Positions 37,943 through 47,769 of a DNA stretch of 64,000 nucleotides are shown one piece after another; the stretch's first letter is position 1; the number at the start of each line of letters is the position of its first letter. The translations under genes and the position numbers were made by a program. Origin of the DNA: Planctomycetota bacterium. GTDB taxonomy: Bacteria > Planctomycetota > B15-G4 > SIAN01. The DNA is taken from assembly GCA_031409275.1 (NCBI GenBank), contig JANNXA010000022.1, positions 224,001 through 288,000 of the forward strand, given 5' to 3'. The notes beneath the pieces were generated by a model. That model was not told the DNA's origin and searched no databases. It worked only from the letters and a program-made list of their open reading frames with translations.

Positions 37943-39544
37943 TCAACGCATCAGCTTGAACCAGCAGGCGTCCTGTGGCGCGCCGCCGAACGTGGTCTGG
38001 AAGGCTCCCGGCGTGGTCGGATAGTCGTTGGAGTCGGCGGTGCCGGCGGCCACGAGCGATCCGTCGCTCGCCAGCGCGAACGAGCGCCCGAGATCGTCAT
38101 CGCCACCGCCGCAGAACGTCGCGTACTCGAGCGTCGTGAGGTCGTCGCTCAAGCAAGCGAAGAGCTGATCGGCACCGCCATCCTTCTGGCGCTGGAACGC
38201 ATCGCTGGTCGCCGGGAAGTTCGTCGAATAGGTCGCGCCGGAACAGCAGATCCGCCCTGAGCCATCGACGGCGACGCCTTCGAGCCCCTCGCCGCGCGAG
38301 CCGCCGAGGTAGGTGAAAGCGAGGAGCGTCGTGACGTCGGCGGAGAACTTGGCGACGAAGCCGTCATAGGGATAGTCGGTGCCAGCGCCGGTGCCGGAGC
38401 CTCCGCTGCCGCCATAGCTGGGCTGGAACGGTGGCGGGATCGAGGCGGGGACGAACGGGAGGTTGGTCGACTCGCTGGTGGCGGCGACGATGGCGATGCC
38501 GTTGGCGTCGATGCACAGGCCGTGCGTCTCGGAGTACTCCGTCGCGGTTCCGCCGAAGTAGCTCGCTCCGAGGAGCGAGCCGCCACCGATCGCGATGTGG
38601 AGCAGGACCATGTCGATCCCGCCGGCTCGTGAGTCCTGATAGGCGCCGACCGTCGTTGCGAAGTCATCCGATTGCGACGTGCCGAGCACCCATACGGTGT
38701 CGTCCGGCGCGATTCTGACCGACGGCGTTCCACCGTCGCTCCCGCTGCCACCGAAGTACGAGCCCCAGACGATCGTCGATCCGTCGGCGCTGATCTCGGC
38801 GACGATGCCATCGCCCGATCCCCCGAGCACCGTGTCGAATGCGCCGACGGTGACCGCGTAGTGCGGACGGTCGGGCGCTCCGACCACGTAGCAGTTGCCG
38901 GCGGAGTCGATCGCGACGTCGCGGCAGATGCTGCCGTCGTCGTTCCCGAAGTAGGTCGACCACAACAGCGTCGAACCGTCCGCGGAGAGTTTCGCCACGA
39001 AGCCGTCCTGCGCGCCGTACTTGTTCGATGGCGCGACGTCGCCGCCGAAGTTGGGCTGGACGGAGCCGACGGTGGTCGGGAAGCCGGTGCCGGCGCGACC
39101 GGCGACGTAGATCGCTCCTTGATCGTCGACCTCGATGGCATAGGCGCGGTCATACATGCTGCCGCCGAGGTAGGTCGCGAACACGAGCGCGCCGCCATCG
39201 GGAGTGAACTTGGCAACGTAGGCATCGTTCGTGCCGTTGAACGTCGTGTCATAGGCGCCCGCCGTCGCGGGGAAATCGGGCGACGCGGTCCCGCCGACCA
39301 CGTAGACGAACCCCTGCGCGTCGACGGATACGTCGCGCACCGAGTCGATGTCATTGCCGCCGAGGTAGGTCGTCGCCGAGAGCACGAACGGCGACGCGGG
39401 CGGTCCGCCGCCGCCACCACCTCCGCCGCCGCCTCCCGACGAACCGCCGCCGCCGCCGCCACCGCCGCATCCCGCGAGCAGCAACGTGACCAGGAGCCGC
39501 GCCGGCACCGACGCCGGCACCGAGCGAATCGACTGCAACTGCAT
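37943..39544 (-). CDS. SBBP beta-propeller lipoprotein, paralog of 16225-18099
   Basis: Lipobox LAGC, poly-Gly linker, colinear SBBP repeats (DRAYAIEVD, YGAQDGFVAK, ETHGL, LPFVPAS). Confidence 0.85.
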   Translation of the reverse strand: MQLQSIRSVPASVPARLLVTLLLAGCGGGGGGGGSSGGGGGGGGGGGPPASPFVLSATTYLGGNDIDSVRDVSVDAQGFVYVVGGTASPDFPATAGAYDTTFNGTNDAYVAKFTPDGGALVFATYLGGSMYDRAYAIEVDDQGAIYVAGRAGTGFPTTVGSVQPNFGGDVAPSNKYGAQDGFVAKLSADGSTLLWSTYFGNDDGSICRDVAIDSAGNCYVVGAPDRPHYAVTVGAFDTVLGGSGDGIVAEISADGSTIVWGSYFGGSGSDGGTPSVRIAPDDTVWVLGTSQSDDFATTVGAYQDSRAGGIDMVLLHIAIGGGSLLGASYFGGTATEYSETHGLCIDANGIAIVAATSESTNLPFVPASIPPPFQPSYGGSGGSGTGAGTDYPYDGFVAKFSADVTTLLAFTYLGGSRGEGLEGVAVDGSGRICCSGATYSTNFPATSDAFQRQKDGGADQLFACLSDDLTTLEYATFCGGGDDDLGRSFALASDGSLVAAGTADSNDYPTTPGAFQTTFGGAPQDACWFKLMR

Positions 39545-39798
39545 CAGCTCGAACTCCTTGCAAGAAGTCGCCGCGCGCAAGCCGGGCCCCAGCGATGCGA
39601 CGGCCAATCACCGAGAGCGAGTTCGGCCAACGACGCGGTCTGCTCCACTCTGATCCTCAGTTCTCGGGCGACTGCCGGTCGCCATCGGCGATTCGTAACT
39701 AAACCGCAATCGCCGTGCCGCCCGCGGGCGCGCCGCGACCCAACGCGAAGGCTCCGTCGAATGGCCTGGCACCCTCTTCTGCGGCGCGCCCGCGCCGG

Positions 39799-41112
39799 TC
39801 AGGCGGGCAGCAGTTCCGTCACGACGGCGCCGTCGGGATCGACGAGCGTCACTGGACGATTCGTCGACGCCTGGAACTTGCGCGAGCCGTCGTACCCGAG
39901 CAGCTTCGCGACCGTCGCGAAGAGATCGGGAACTTGAACGGGCCGCTCGACGATCTGTTCGCTGCGCTCGTCTGTGATCCCGATCGGCCGACCGCAGCGC
40001 ACCCCGCCGCCGGCGAGCACTGCAAAGTAGTTGCTCGGCCAGTGGTTGCGTCCTTCACCGGCGAGGATCGTCGGGGAACGTCCGAACTCGCCGATGCAGA
40101 GCACGAGCGTGTCGTCGAGGAGCTGACGCTCCGCAAGATCATCGAGCAGCGCCGAGAACGCCGGATCGAGTTCGTCGCAGAGCGCTTTCGTCCGCCGGAA
40201 GTTGTCCTTGTGAGTGTCCCAACCATCGAGCGCCACTTCGACCGCCGCCACCCCCGACTCGATCAGCCGCCGCGCCATGAGCACGCCCTGGCCGAACTTG
40301 CTGCGGCCGTAGCGATCGCGAACCGCATCGGGCTCGAGCCGCAGGTCGAACGCCGGCAGCAGGTTCGAATCCATGAGCCGGCGCGCTCGCAGTCGCTGCA
40401 CGGCCACTTCGTGGACGACCGGCCCACCGCCGCGTTGCGCGAAGTCACCGTCGAGGAGTTCCAGCAGTTCGTCGCGTTGCGCGATCCGTGCCGGATCGGT
40501 CGCGCCGACGCGCGAGAGATTCTCGAGCCGGTTCGAAGGATCGGCGACCATGTACGGGGCCGCCTCGACGCCGAGGTAACCGGGGCCCCACGGCTCGCCG
40601 AGCACTTGCACGAACGCGGGGAGCTCGTGATTCAAGTCACCGATCTCGTGCGCCACGACGGCCCCGAGCGAGGGGAAGGCGACGCTCGGGTTCGGCGAAT
40701 AGCCCCAGTGGAGGAGCTGGCGCGCCCGCGCGTGGCTGCCCTCCTTCGACGTCATGGTCCGAACGACCGCGAGCCGTCCTGCGCGCGCCGCGAGCTGAGG
40801 CAGGTGTTCGCAGAAGTACCAACCCGCGACATCGGTCGACAAGGCGCGAAACGGTCCGTTGGTGGCGGTTCCGGGCTTCGGATCGAACGTGTCGATCTGG
40901 CTCGGGCCGCCGTCGAGCCACAAGATCACCAGGCGCTTGCGATTCGGACGGCCGCCGGCCGACTGGGCCAGCCCGTGCGAGCAGACCAGCTCGAGCAGCG
41001 GCGGTGCCGCGAGCAGCCCGGCGCCGCAGCGCGCCAGCAGCGCCAGCAGCTCGCGGCGCGAGAAGGAGCGCGCGCCATCGGGCAGCGGCGGGGGAAGTCG
41101 TCCGGTCGTCAT
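39799..41112 (-). CDS. DUF1501 domain protein (Tat-like signal)
   Basis: SRRELL, LWLDGGPSQIDTFDPKP, ARRLIESGV, GWDTH, GEFGRSP, GRNHWP. Confidence 0.93.
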   Translation of the reverse strand: MTTGRLPPPLPDGARSFSRRELLALLARCGAGLLAAPPLLELVCSHGLAQSAGGRPNRKRLVILWLDGGPSQIDTFDPKPGTATNGPFRALSTDVAGWYFCEHLPQLAARAGRLAVVRTMTSKEGSHARARQLLHWGYSPNPSVAFPSLGAVVAHEIGDLNHELPAFVQVLGEPWGPGYLGVEAAPYMVADPSNRLENLSRVGATDPARIAQRDELLELLDGDFAQRGGGPVVHEVAVQRLRARRLMDSNLLPAFDLRLEPDAVRDRYGRSKFGQGVLMARRLIESGVAAVEVALDGWDTHKDNFRRTKALCDELDPAFSALLDDLAERQLLDDTLVLCIGEFGRSPTILAGEGRNHWPSNYFAVLAGGGVRCGRPIGITDERSEQIVERPVQVPDLFATVAKLLGYDGSRKFQASTNRPVTLVDPDGAVVTELLPA

Positions 41113-41149
41113 CGGATCACGCGCTCCTGACGTCGAACCGTGATGGAGC

Positions 41150-43030
41150 TCAATGGTTGCACTGGAACTCCGCCGAGTTGAGCAGCGCCCAAAAGAGGTC
41201 TTCGAATGCATGGAAGCCTTCGTCGTCGCGGGCATCCACGGCGCGGACGATCGCCGCGGCCTCTGCGGGAGCCGGCGGACGGCCGAGCGTCGCGTACCAG
41301 AGGTCGCGCAGACGCTCTTCGGGCGTGAGCTTCACGTCGAGGAATCGCTCGAGGCGTCCCTCCTTCTTCAGCGTTGCGCTCCGATAGGAGTAGCGCCCAT
41401 TCATCATGAAGAGCGCCTGCGGGATGCTCGCGCCGAGCCGCCGTTCGCCGTTGCCATCGATGGCGGTCACACGGCTCCTCAGTTCATCGAGGAACTTGCT
41501 CTGCTCGCGGTTCCAGGCGCCATTGCGCGATTCGAGGACGACCCCCGTGGTCGCCTGCGTGATCGAGTACTGCAGCTGCTCAGGAGTGAACGCGCGCAGC
41601 GGATGGGCGGCGAAGCAGCGCTCCTGCTCGGCGCGCCGTTCGGGGTCGGCAGCCGTCGAATTGCGAAGCCCATAGGCCTTCGTCCGCACCAGCGCGCCGA
41701 TCAGTCCGCGCAGGTCGGTTCCGTTCCGAAGGAAGTCGCGACCGATATCCGCGAGGAGCTCGGGGAGCAGACGATCCTTGCTGCCGCTGAGGTCATCGAT
41801 CGGCTCGATCAGCCCCTTGCCGAAGAGGTGCCCCCACGCGCGATTCACGATGGCCTGCGCGAACCAGGGGTTCTCGGGCGAGGTGATCCACGCGGCGAGC
41901 GCCTGACGCTTCGACTGGTCGGAGAGCGGTTCGTAAGGCCGCGCGTCGAGGAAGCCGGCGTCGCCGAAGAGTTCGCGCCGTTCGCGGAAGAGCGCGACCG
42001 CTTCGCGCGCGTCGGCCGGCAGTCGCGGTGCGAATTCGTCGAGGACCGCATCGGAGGGGGCGGTCATCGATGCTCCCGACGATTCGTCGCCCGAACGGCG
42101 GAATCGAGCAAACAGCTCCTGCAGCGCTGAGAGGCCGTCGCCCGCGTTCGAGCCCTGCGCTTCGCCCCCCATCGCTCCGCCGGCCATCGATGCTCCGGCC
42201 ATCGCGCCGTCGTCCATCGCGCCGTCGTCGGCGGCGCCGCGCAGCTTGCGAAGCACGCGGTTCAGCTTTCCGTAGACGCCCCACTCGGGAGTGCGATCGA
42301 GCAGGCGCCAGTGCGGGACGCGTTGACCGACGCCCACCCGAAGGTCGCCCTGCATGTCCGCGAGGAAACCGGTGAAGCGGTTGAACTCGCTGCGCTTCCA
42401 GTGGTCGAACGGATGGTCATGGCACTGCGCGCATTGGATCTGCAGGCCGAGGAACGCGCGCGCGGTGACGCCGGCCAGCGTCTCGATCGTGTCGTAGTAC
42501 GCGAGCTGGAAGGACATCGGCCCAGGTTCGGCGCCTTCGCCGGTGGCGCAGTTGAGTTCGCGGACGATCCGGTCGAACGCCATTCCCTTGCTGAACGCCG
42601 ATTCGAGCCAGCGCTGCAGGTAGCCGGTCAGCTTCGCCTCATTGACGCCCGAGGCGCCGAGCAGCAATTGCGTCCACAGGCGCGCCAGCGTCTCGGAAAA
42701 GCGGCGATCGTCGAGGTACTGGTCGACCTTGCGATCTCGCTTGTCCGCGGACGGATCGACGAGGAAGGCGGCCACCTCGCCGGCCTCCGGAATGGTGCTG
42801 AGCAGGTCGATGCTGAGGCGACGCAACCATGTCGCGTCATCGGCCGACGCGGTGTCGGCGAGGCCGCGTGCCGCCCATTCCGCGTCGAGCGCGCGGTCGA
42901 TGCGCTCGACCACCGGCGCCCACGAAGCTGCGGACGCCCCCTTCGCACCTTCGTCGAGCGCGGTCGCCCGCGAGACCGCGACGGCGAGGATCGGGCCAGC
43001 GGCAAGCAGGATGAGCCACTTCGATTTCAT
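41150..43030 (-). CDS. DUF1549/DUF1553 (PSCyt2/PSD1) domain protein
   Basis: WLRRLSIDL, FLGLQIQCAQCHDHPFD, LAAWITSPENPWFA..VNRAW, QALFMMN, DLFWALLNSAEF. Confidence 0.92.
   Translation of the reverse strand: MKSKWLILLAAGPILAVAVSRATALDEGAKGASAASWAPVVERIDRALDAEWAARGLADTASADDATWLRRLSIDLLSTIPEAGEVAAFLVDPSADKRDRKVDQYLDDRRFSETLARLWTQLLLGASGVNEAKLTGYLQRWLESAFSKGMAFDRIVRELNCATGEGAEPGPMSFQLAYYDTIETLAGVTARAFLGLQIQCAQCHDHPFDHWKRSEFNRFTGFLADMQGDLRVGVGQRVPHWRLLDRTPEWGVYGKLNRVLRKLRGAADDGAMDDGAMAGASMAGGAMGGEAQGSNAGDGLSALQELFARFRRSGDESSGASMTAPSDAVLDEFAPRLPADAREAVALFRERRELFGDAGFLDARPYEPLSDQSKRQALAAWITSPENPWFAQAIVNRAWGHLFGKGLIEPIDDLSGSKDRLLPELLADIGRDFLRNGTDLRGLIGALVRTKAYGLRNSTAADPERRAEQERCFAAHPLRAFTPEQLQYSITQATTGVVLESRNGAWNREQSKFLDELRSRVTAIDGNGERRLGASIPQALFMMNGRYSYRSATLKKEGRLERFLDVKLTPEERLRDLWYATLGRPPAPAEAAAIVRAVDARDDEGFHAFEDLFWALLNSAEFQCNH
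42169..42228 (-). repeat. Four imperfect 15-bp tandem repeats encoding DDGAM/DDGAM/AGASM/AGGAM
   Basis: + strand units ccatcgctccgccgg, ccatcgatgctccgg, ccatcgcgccgtcgt, ccatcgcgccgtcgt. Confidence 0.75.
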
Positions 43031-43265
43031 CACAGCATCCCGGCACTCAGCGGTGTCCATCACGGCGCGGGGCATCCTACAGCTCTCCTGGCAAACGGGC
43101 CTCGCGAGCGACTCGCACGGCCCCTCCCCCGTTCGAACCGTTGCATCGATCGCGAGGCCGGCCCAAGATCACACGGTGCCTTACTTCGATCGAGATCGAC
43201 CGACCGGCCATCAAACCCCGCATTCACGGCGGGTTCCGTTCTCCGTGGATCGGCGCCTCCGCGGG

Positions 43266-43826
43266 ATGCTCCTCCTCGCCGGGCAGGCGCTCTTGTGGTC
43301 GACGTCCGGGTGCGCGGGCGAGCCTCTCGGTGACGCCGCGCTGGTGGACTCGGTGGCGGCGGGGTTCTTCTGGCACGATGTCGGGCCGACCGCCGACAAC
43401 CATGAACACGGCCGTGATCCGAACGCGGAGCTGTGGTTCAACCCACCCGCGTGGGAGGGCTGGCAGGCGATCGGGTCGCCGTTCCTTCACATCGGCCTGA
43501 CGCCCAACTTCTACGGCAACACGACCGAGCTCTACGGCGGCGTCACGTACGACCTCTCACTCACGCACGGCTTCTTCTTCGCGCCCGCAGTCGGGATCAC
43601 GATCCACAACGGACCGTTGCACAAGGAGAAGGTCGGGTGCGAAGAAGACAGCGACTGCGGCTACGGCCATCGCTTGTTGCCGCGTGCAGCGTTCGACCTC
43701 GGTTTCAAGATCGGTGAGCACCACGCCGTTTCGTTCTTCTACGACCACGTGTCGCACAAGCGCCTCCTCCCCGGCGAGAACGAGGGGCTCGACCACGTCG
43801 GCGTGCGCTACCGATTCGCCTTTTGA
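43266..43826 (+). CDS. PagL-like lipid A 3-O-deacylase / acyloxyacyl hydrolase outer-membrane protein
   Basis: Alternating beta-strands, C-terminal FYDHVSH...ENEGLDHVGVRYRFAF with terminal Phe; start uncertain. Confidence 0.75.
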   Translation: MLLLAGQALLWSTSGCAGEPLGDAALVDSVAAGFFWHDVGPTADNHEHGRDPNAELWFNPPAWEGWQAIGSPFLHIGLTPNFYGNTTELYGGVTYDLSLTHGFFFAPAVGITIHNGPLHKEKVGCEEDSDCGYGHRLLPRAAFDLGFKIGEHHAVSFFYDHVSHKRLLPGENEGLDHVGVRYRFAF

Positions 43827-43968
43827 GTCCGTGCGACATGCGCGAAACGGACCGTCCGCGCCCGCCCTGCGTTCGTGACGCGGGCGGCGTCGCTGTGAGA
43901 CCGCGCCTCGGCCTCGAAGGCGCCTTGTTGGCTATCTTGCGCCGCTTCTTCCGTTGGAGCCGCCTCGC

Positions 43969-45030
43969 ATGTTGACCACGCCCCTGTTCGGTCTGCTGGT
44001 GACGGTCGCGCCGGCGCAAGAGGCCGCCTCCGGACGCCTGCCGCCCACGATCGAGAACGCGAAGCTCGCGGACGAGGAGCTCGTCACTCTCGCCGACAAG
44101 AACGACGACTGGATCTTCGAGGAGAAGCTCGCCTGCCGGTCGCGGGGAGCCAAGGAGCTTTGGGAGGGAACCCTCGTCGACCCGTCGCTCGGCGCGCCGG
44201 TGCGCAAGGAGTTCCAGACGATCGGGGTGGGCACCGAAAGCGATTCGATTCTCTACTTCGAGTTTGCCGGTGATGTGCCGCCCGCCTGGCGCAAGCAGTT
44301 GAACGAGAAGCTCTTCAGCGCGACGGGCGAGCCGGTCTTCGCGCAGCCAGAGCTCGTCGGCCAATCGGGGAAGCTGCTCGTCGTGCTGTCGTGCTCGCTC
44401 ACCAGCAAGATCCGAAAGCCGCTCGGCCATCGACTGCGCACGCGCTTCGGGATGCGCTTCTCGGACCAGGATCCGGCGCACCGCAAGCTCTACGAACCGC
44501 TGCAAGCGGCGCTCCAGCGTGCGAACGCGGCCGAGAAGATCAAGCCGGACCCCGCCGGTCTCGCGTTCGTCAAGGCGCATGCGGCCGAACTCGCGCCGCT
44601 CAGCTTCGGCGCCTTCCTCGAGGCGCGGCTGCACGCCGAAAGCGAGGCGCATGAGCTCGCGGCGACCGCGTATGCGCGCGCTCTCGCGCTCGATGCCAAG
44701 GGCGATCCGCTGCCCAGCGACGGCAGCGCTTGCGATGCCCTCGAAGGGATCGGAATGGCGGCCTACTACTTGAAACAGTGGCCGGAAGCGATCGCCCGGC
44801 TGCGGTCCGCCACCGACTACGCCGCCTCGATCGGCCGCGCCGACCGGCAGGCGACGGCGCTCTACAACCTTGCGTGCAGCGCGGCGCTGGGTGAACAGCC
44901 GGATGCCGCGATGGCCGCGTTGCAGGAGCTGATCGCTCTCTCGGGGCGCAAGTGGAAGTCGCAGCTGCGTCAGGACGACGATCTCAAGTCGCTGCGAGAA
45001 CGCGAGGACTTCAAGGCGCTGGTGAAGTAG
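43969..45030 (+). CDS. Secreted protein with C-terminal TPR repeats
   Basis: ALYNLACSAAL...LRQDDDLKSLREREDFKALVK TPR-end motif; short signal-like N-terminus. Confidence 0.75.
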   Translation: MLTTPLFGLLVTVAPAQEAASGRLPPTIENAKLADEELVTLADKNDDWIFEEKLACRSRGAKELWEGTLVDPSLGAPVRKEFQTIGVGTESDSILYFEFAGDVPPAWRKQLNEKLFSATGEPVFAQPELVGQSGKLLVVLSCSLTSKIRKPLGHRLRTRFGMRFSDQDPAHRKLYEPLQAALQRANAAEKIKPDPAGLAFVKAHAAELAPLSFGAFLEARLHAESEAHELAATAYARALALDAKGDPLPSDGSACDALEGIGMAAYYLKQWPEAIARLRSATDYAASIGRADRQATALYNLACSAALGEQPDAAMAALQELIALSGRKWKSQLRQDDDLKSLREREDFKALVK

Positions 45031-45237
45031 GCGGCGCCAGCGACTCCGCCGGCGTTACTACCGTCCGGTCGGATCCGTAATCCACCGTTGCAGGAAGGCG
45101 CTCGGTTCGACGACGCCTCGACCACAGGAACGGCGGACACGCTCTCGGATGGATCCCTCGCACGCCGGTGCCGCGGGGAGGAGTGCAGTGAACCGTCGCG
45201 TCCGTTCGCGACACCTTGACGGGCCCATTCGATTCCG

Positions 45238-46005
45238 ATGACGCTGCGTCCCGACCACCTTTCGCCGTCGTTTGGCTCCGAGGAGGAGTCGCTCCCCGCC
45301 TTCGAGCTCAAGTTCCTCGTCGACTCGACGGTGGCCGAGCGGATCACGGCGTGGGCGCGGGGCGAGCTCAGCCCCGATCCCAACGGCGCGTCGCCCGAGA
45401 ACCCCGTCTATGACGTGACGACGCTCTACCTCGACACTCCGCGCTTCGGCGTGTTTCACGGCGTGCCCGCGCTCGGCGGCGCCAAGCACCGCGTTCGGCG
45501 CTACTCGGAGTCGACGGTGACCTGGCTCGAGCGCAAGATCCGGCGCGGCGACACCGTTCGCAAGCGACGTTGCGCGACCTCATGCGACCAACTCTCGCAG
45601 CTGCTCGCGGATTCGCCTTCGACGATTCGGAGCGACGATGAGTCGCGCGCCGCCGCCGCCTTCTTCCTCGAAGGGGTCCGCCTCCACGCGCTGCGCCCGG
45701 TCTGCCGGCTCACCTATCGACGGACCGCATTCTTCGGAGCCAGCGAGTCGGGGCCACACCGCCTGACGCTCGACCGCGAGGTTCGCGGCACGGTCGAGCA
45801 AGGGTATGCGGTCGCGCGCGTCGATCGCGGCGACGACCTGCTCGCCGGCCTCGTCATCTGCGAGCTCAAGTTCCGCGGTGCACTCCCGACCTCGTTCAAG
45901 CGCCTGATCTCCGACCAGGCCCTTCAGCCGGCGACCGCCAGCAAGTACCGTCGTCTCGTCGCGAGCGTGGGGCTCGCGATGAAGTCCGAGCCTCGCGACA
46001 GGTGA
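45238..46005 (+). CDS. VTC (polyphosphate polymerase, CYTH-like) domain protein
   Basis: FELKF, YDVTTLYLDT, KHRVRRY, LERK, YRRTAF, RLTLD, ICELKF, SKY. Confidence 0.88.
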   Translation: MTLRPDHLSPSFGSEEESLPAFELKFLVDSTVAERITAWARGELSPDPNGASPENPVYDVTTLYLDTPRFGVFHGVPALGGAKHRVRRYSESTVTWLERKIRRGDTVRKRRCATSCDQLSQLLADSPSTIRSDDESRAAAAFFLEGVRLHALRPVCRLTYRRTAFFGASESGPHRLTLDREVRGTVEQGYAVARVDRGDDLLAGLVICELKFRGALPTSFKRLISDQALQPATASKYRRLVASVGLAMKSEPRDR

Positions 46006-46012
46006 ACGGGCG

Positions 46013-47707
46013 ATGACCGACGGTTTCCGCCTCGGCGGCAACGGCTCCTCCAGGTTCCACGGGCGGACGCGGCTCTTGTCGCTCGTCGCGTGGATGTGCG
46101 CTGCGTGGCCGATGGTGGCGCAGGACGCGCCGCCGACCGCGCCCACCGCGAAGGACGGCAAGCAGGCCGTCGATCCGAGTGACGAGTTCTTCAAGAAGGG
46201 CGTGATTCCGAAACTCGAGATCCTGCTCGAGCCGGACGCCATCGAATCGCTCCGCTCCGCTCCTCGCCAATACGCTCCATGCAAGATCCGCGAGAACGGG
46301 AAAGTCGTTTACGAAGGCGTCGGCATCAAGCTCAAGGGCGCGGCCGGCAGCTTCCGCGAGTTCGACGATTGGAAGCCCGGCTTCACCCTGAACATGGACA
46401 AGTTCGACGGCAAGGACGAGTTCCACGGGCTGAAGAAGTTCCACCTGAACACCGCGGTCCAGGACGACAGCTTCCTGCACGAGTGGATCGGGTCGGAAGT
46501 CTTCCGCGCGGCGGGCCTCGCCGCGACCCGGGTCACTCATGCGCGCGTCACGGCGGGCGACCGCGATCTTGGCATCTACGTCCTGAAGGAGGGATTCGAC
46601 AAGCGCTTCGTCAAACGCTGGTTCCCCGACGACGACAAGGATCCTCTGAACACGGGCAGCCTCTACGACGGCGGCTTCTGCCAGGACATCGACGTCGACC
46701 TCGAGAAGGACGTCGGCAAGGACAAGGCGCGGCACGACGACCTGCACCAGCTGTTCGCGGCGTGCCGCGAGCCGGACGTCGCGAGACGTTGGCAACTGAT
46801 CCCGGAGCGCGTCGATCTCGACGAGTTCCTGTCCTTCATGGCGCTCGAGCTCATGCTCGCCCACTGGGACGGCTACTGCGTCAACAAGAACAACTACCGT
46901 GTCTACTTCGAGCCGAACCACGGCAAGGCGCACTTCATCCCGCACGGAATGGACCAGATCCTGAACGACCCCGGCGCGTCGGTCCTCGACCATCCTTCGG
47001 CGATCCTCGCCGGTGCGGTCATGCGCAATCCCGAGTGGCGCGCCGCCTACCGCAAGAAGGTCGCCGATCTGCTGCCGCTCTTCAACGCGAAGCGACTCGA
47101 GAAGCAGATCGATGACGTGCACGACCGACTGAAGCCGGTCATCACCGCCTGGAACAAGCCGGCGGGTCGCGCGTTCGGTGATCGCGTGAAGTCGCTCGGC
47201 GAGCAGCTCGAGGCGCGCGAGAAGAGCCTGAAAGAACAGAAGAGTGCGCCCGAGCCCAAGCCGCTCGTCTTCACCGAAGGCACCCCGGTGAAGCTGCTCA
47301 AGTGGCGCGCGGCGTCGGAGTGCGAGGACGCGCAGCTCGACCAGCGCGAGGTCGACACCCAGATGTGCATGGTCATCAAGTGCGGTCGCAGCAAGGTCTG
47401 CGTGGCGTCATGGCGCAAGAGCGTCCTGCTGCCGCGCGGCAAGTACAAGCTGCACGGGATGGTGAAGCTCGACAGCGTCGTCGCGCTCGAGGAGGGCAAC
47501 GACGCGCCCGGCAAGGGCTGCGGATTGCGCGTCGGCGTCAAGGGGCGCGAGCTCGCGCTGGTCGGCACCACGGGTTTCCGGGCGATCGACTACGAGTTCG
47601 AGGTCGACGAAGAGATCGGCGACGTGGACCTGATCGCCGAGCTGCGCGCTTCGCGCGGCCAGGCCGCCTTCCGCGTCGACTCGTTCAAGCTGACTCGCAA
47701 GGAGTGA
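46013..47707 (+). CDS. CotH kinase family protein, secreted, with C-terminal beta-sandwich domain
   Basis: VGIKLKG..GSFR, GLKKFHLNTAVQD, GIYVLKE, HWDGY..NKNNYRVY, FIPHGMD. Confidence 0.88.
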   Translation: MTDGFRLGGNGSSRFHGRTRLLSLVAWMCAAWPMVAQDAPPTAPTAKDGKQAVDPSDEFFKKGVIPKLEILLEPDAIESLRSAPRQYAPCKIRENGKVVYEGVGIKLKGAAGSFREFDDWKPGFTLNMDKFDGKDEFHGLKKFHLNTAVQDDSFLHEWIGSEVFRAAGLAATRVTHARVTAGDRDLGIYVLKEGFDKRFVKRWFPDDDKDPLNTGSLYDGGFCQDIDVDLEKDVGKDKARHDDLHQLFAACREPDVARRWQLIPERVDLDEFLSFMALELMLAHWDGYCVNKNNYRVYFEPNHGKAHFIPHGMDQILNDPGASVLDHPSAILAGAVMRNPEWRAAYRKKVADLLPLFNAKRLEKQIDDVHDRLKPVITAWNKPAGRAFGDRVKSLGEQLEAREKSLKEQKSAPEPKPLVFTEGTPVKLLKWRAASECEDAQLDQREVDTQMCMVIKCGRSKVCVASWRKSVLLPRGKYKLHGMVKLDSVVALEEGNDAPGKGCGLRVGVKGRELALVGTTGFRAIDYEFEVDEEIGDVDLIAELRASRGQAAFRVDSFKLTRKE

Positions 47708-47769
47708 TCGAGGCCGTGCGCCGCGGCGGCGGCGCGGGTCCGAAGGCAGCGCCGAGGTGTGACCCGACC

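Noticed and set aside
40361..40372. GGTTCGAATCC resembling a tRNA T-loop
   Set aside because: Inside the DUF1501 CDS; flanks do not form a cloverleaf
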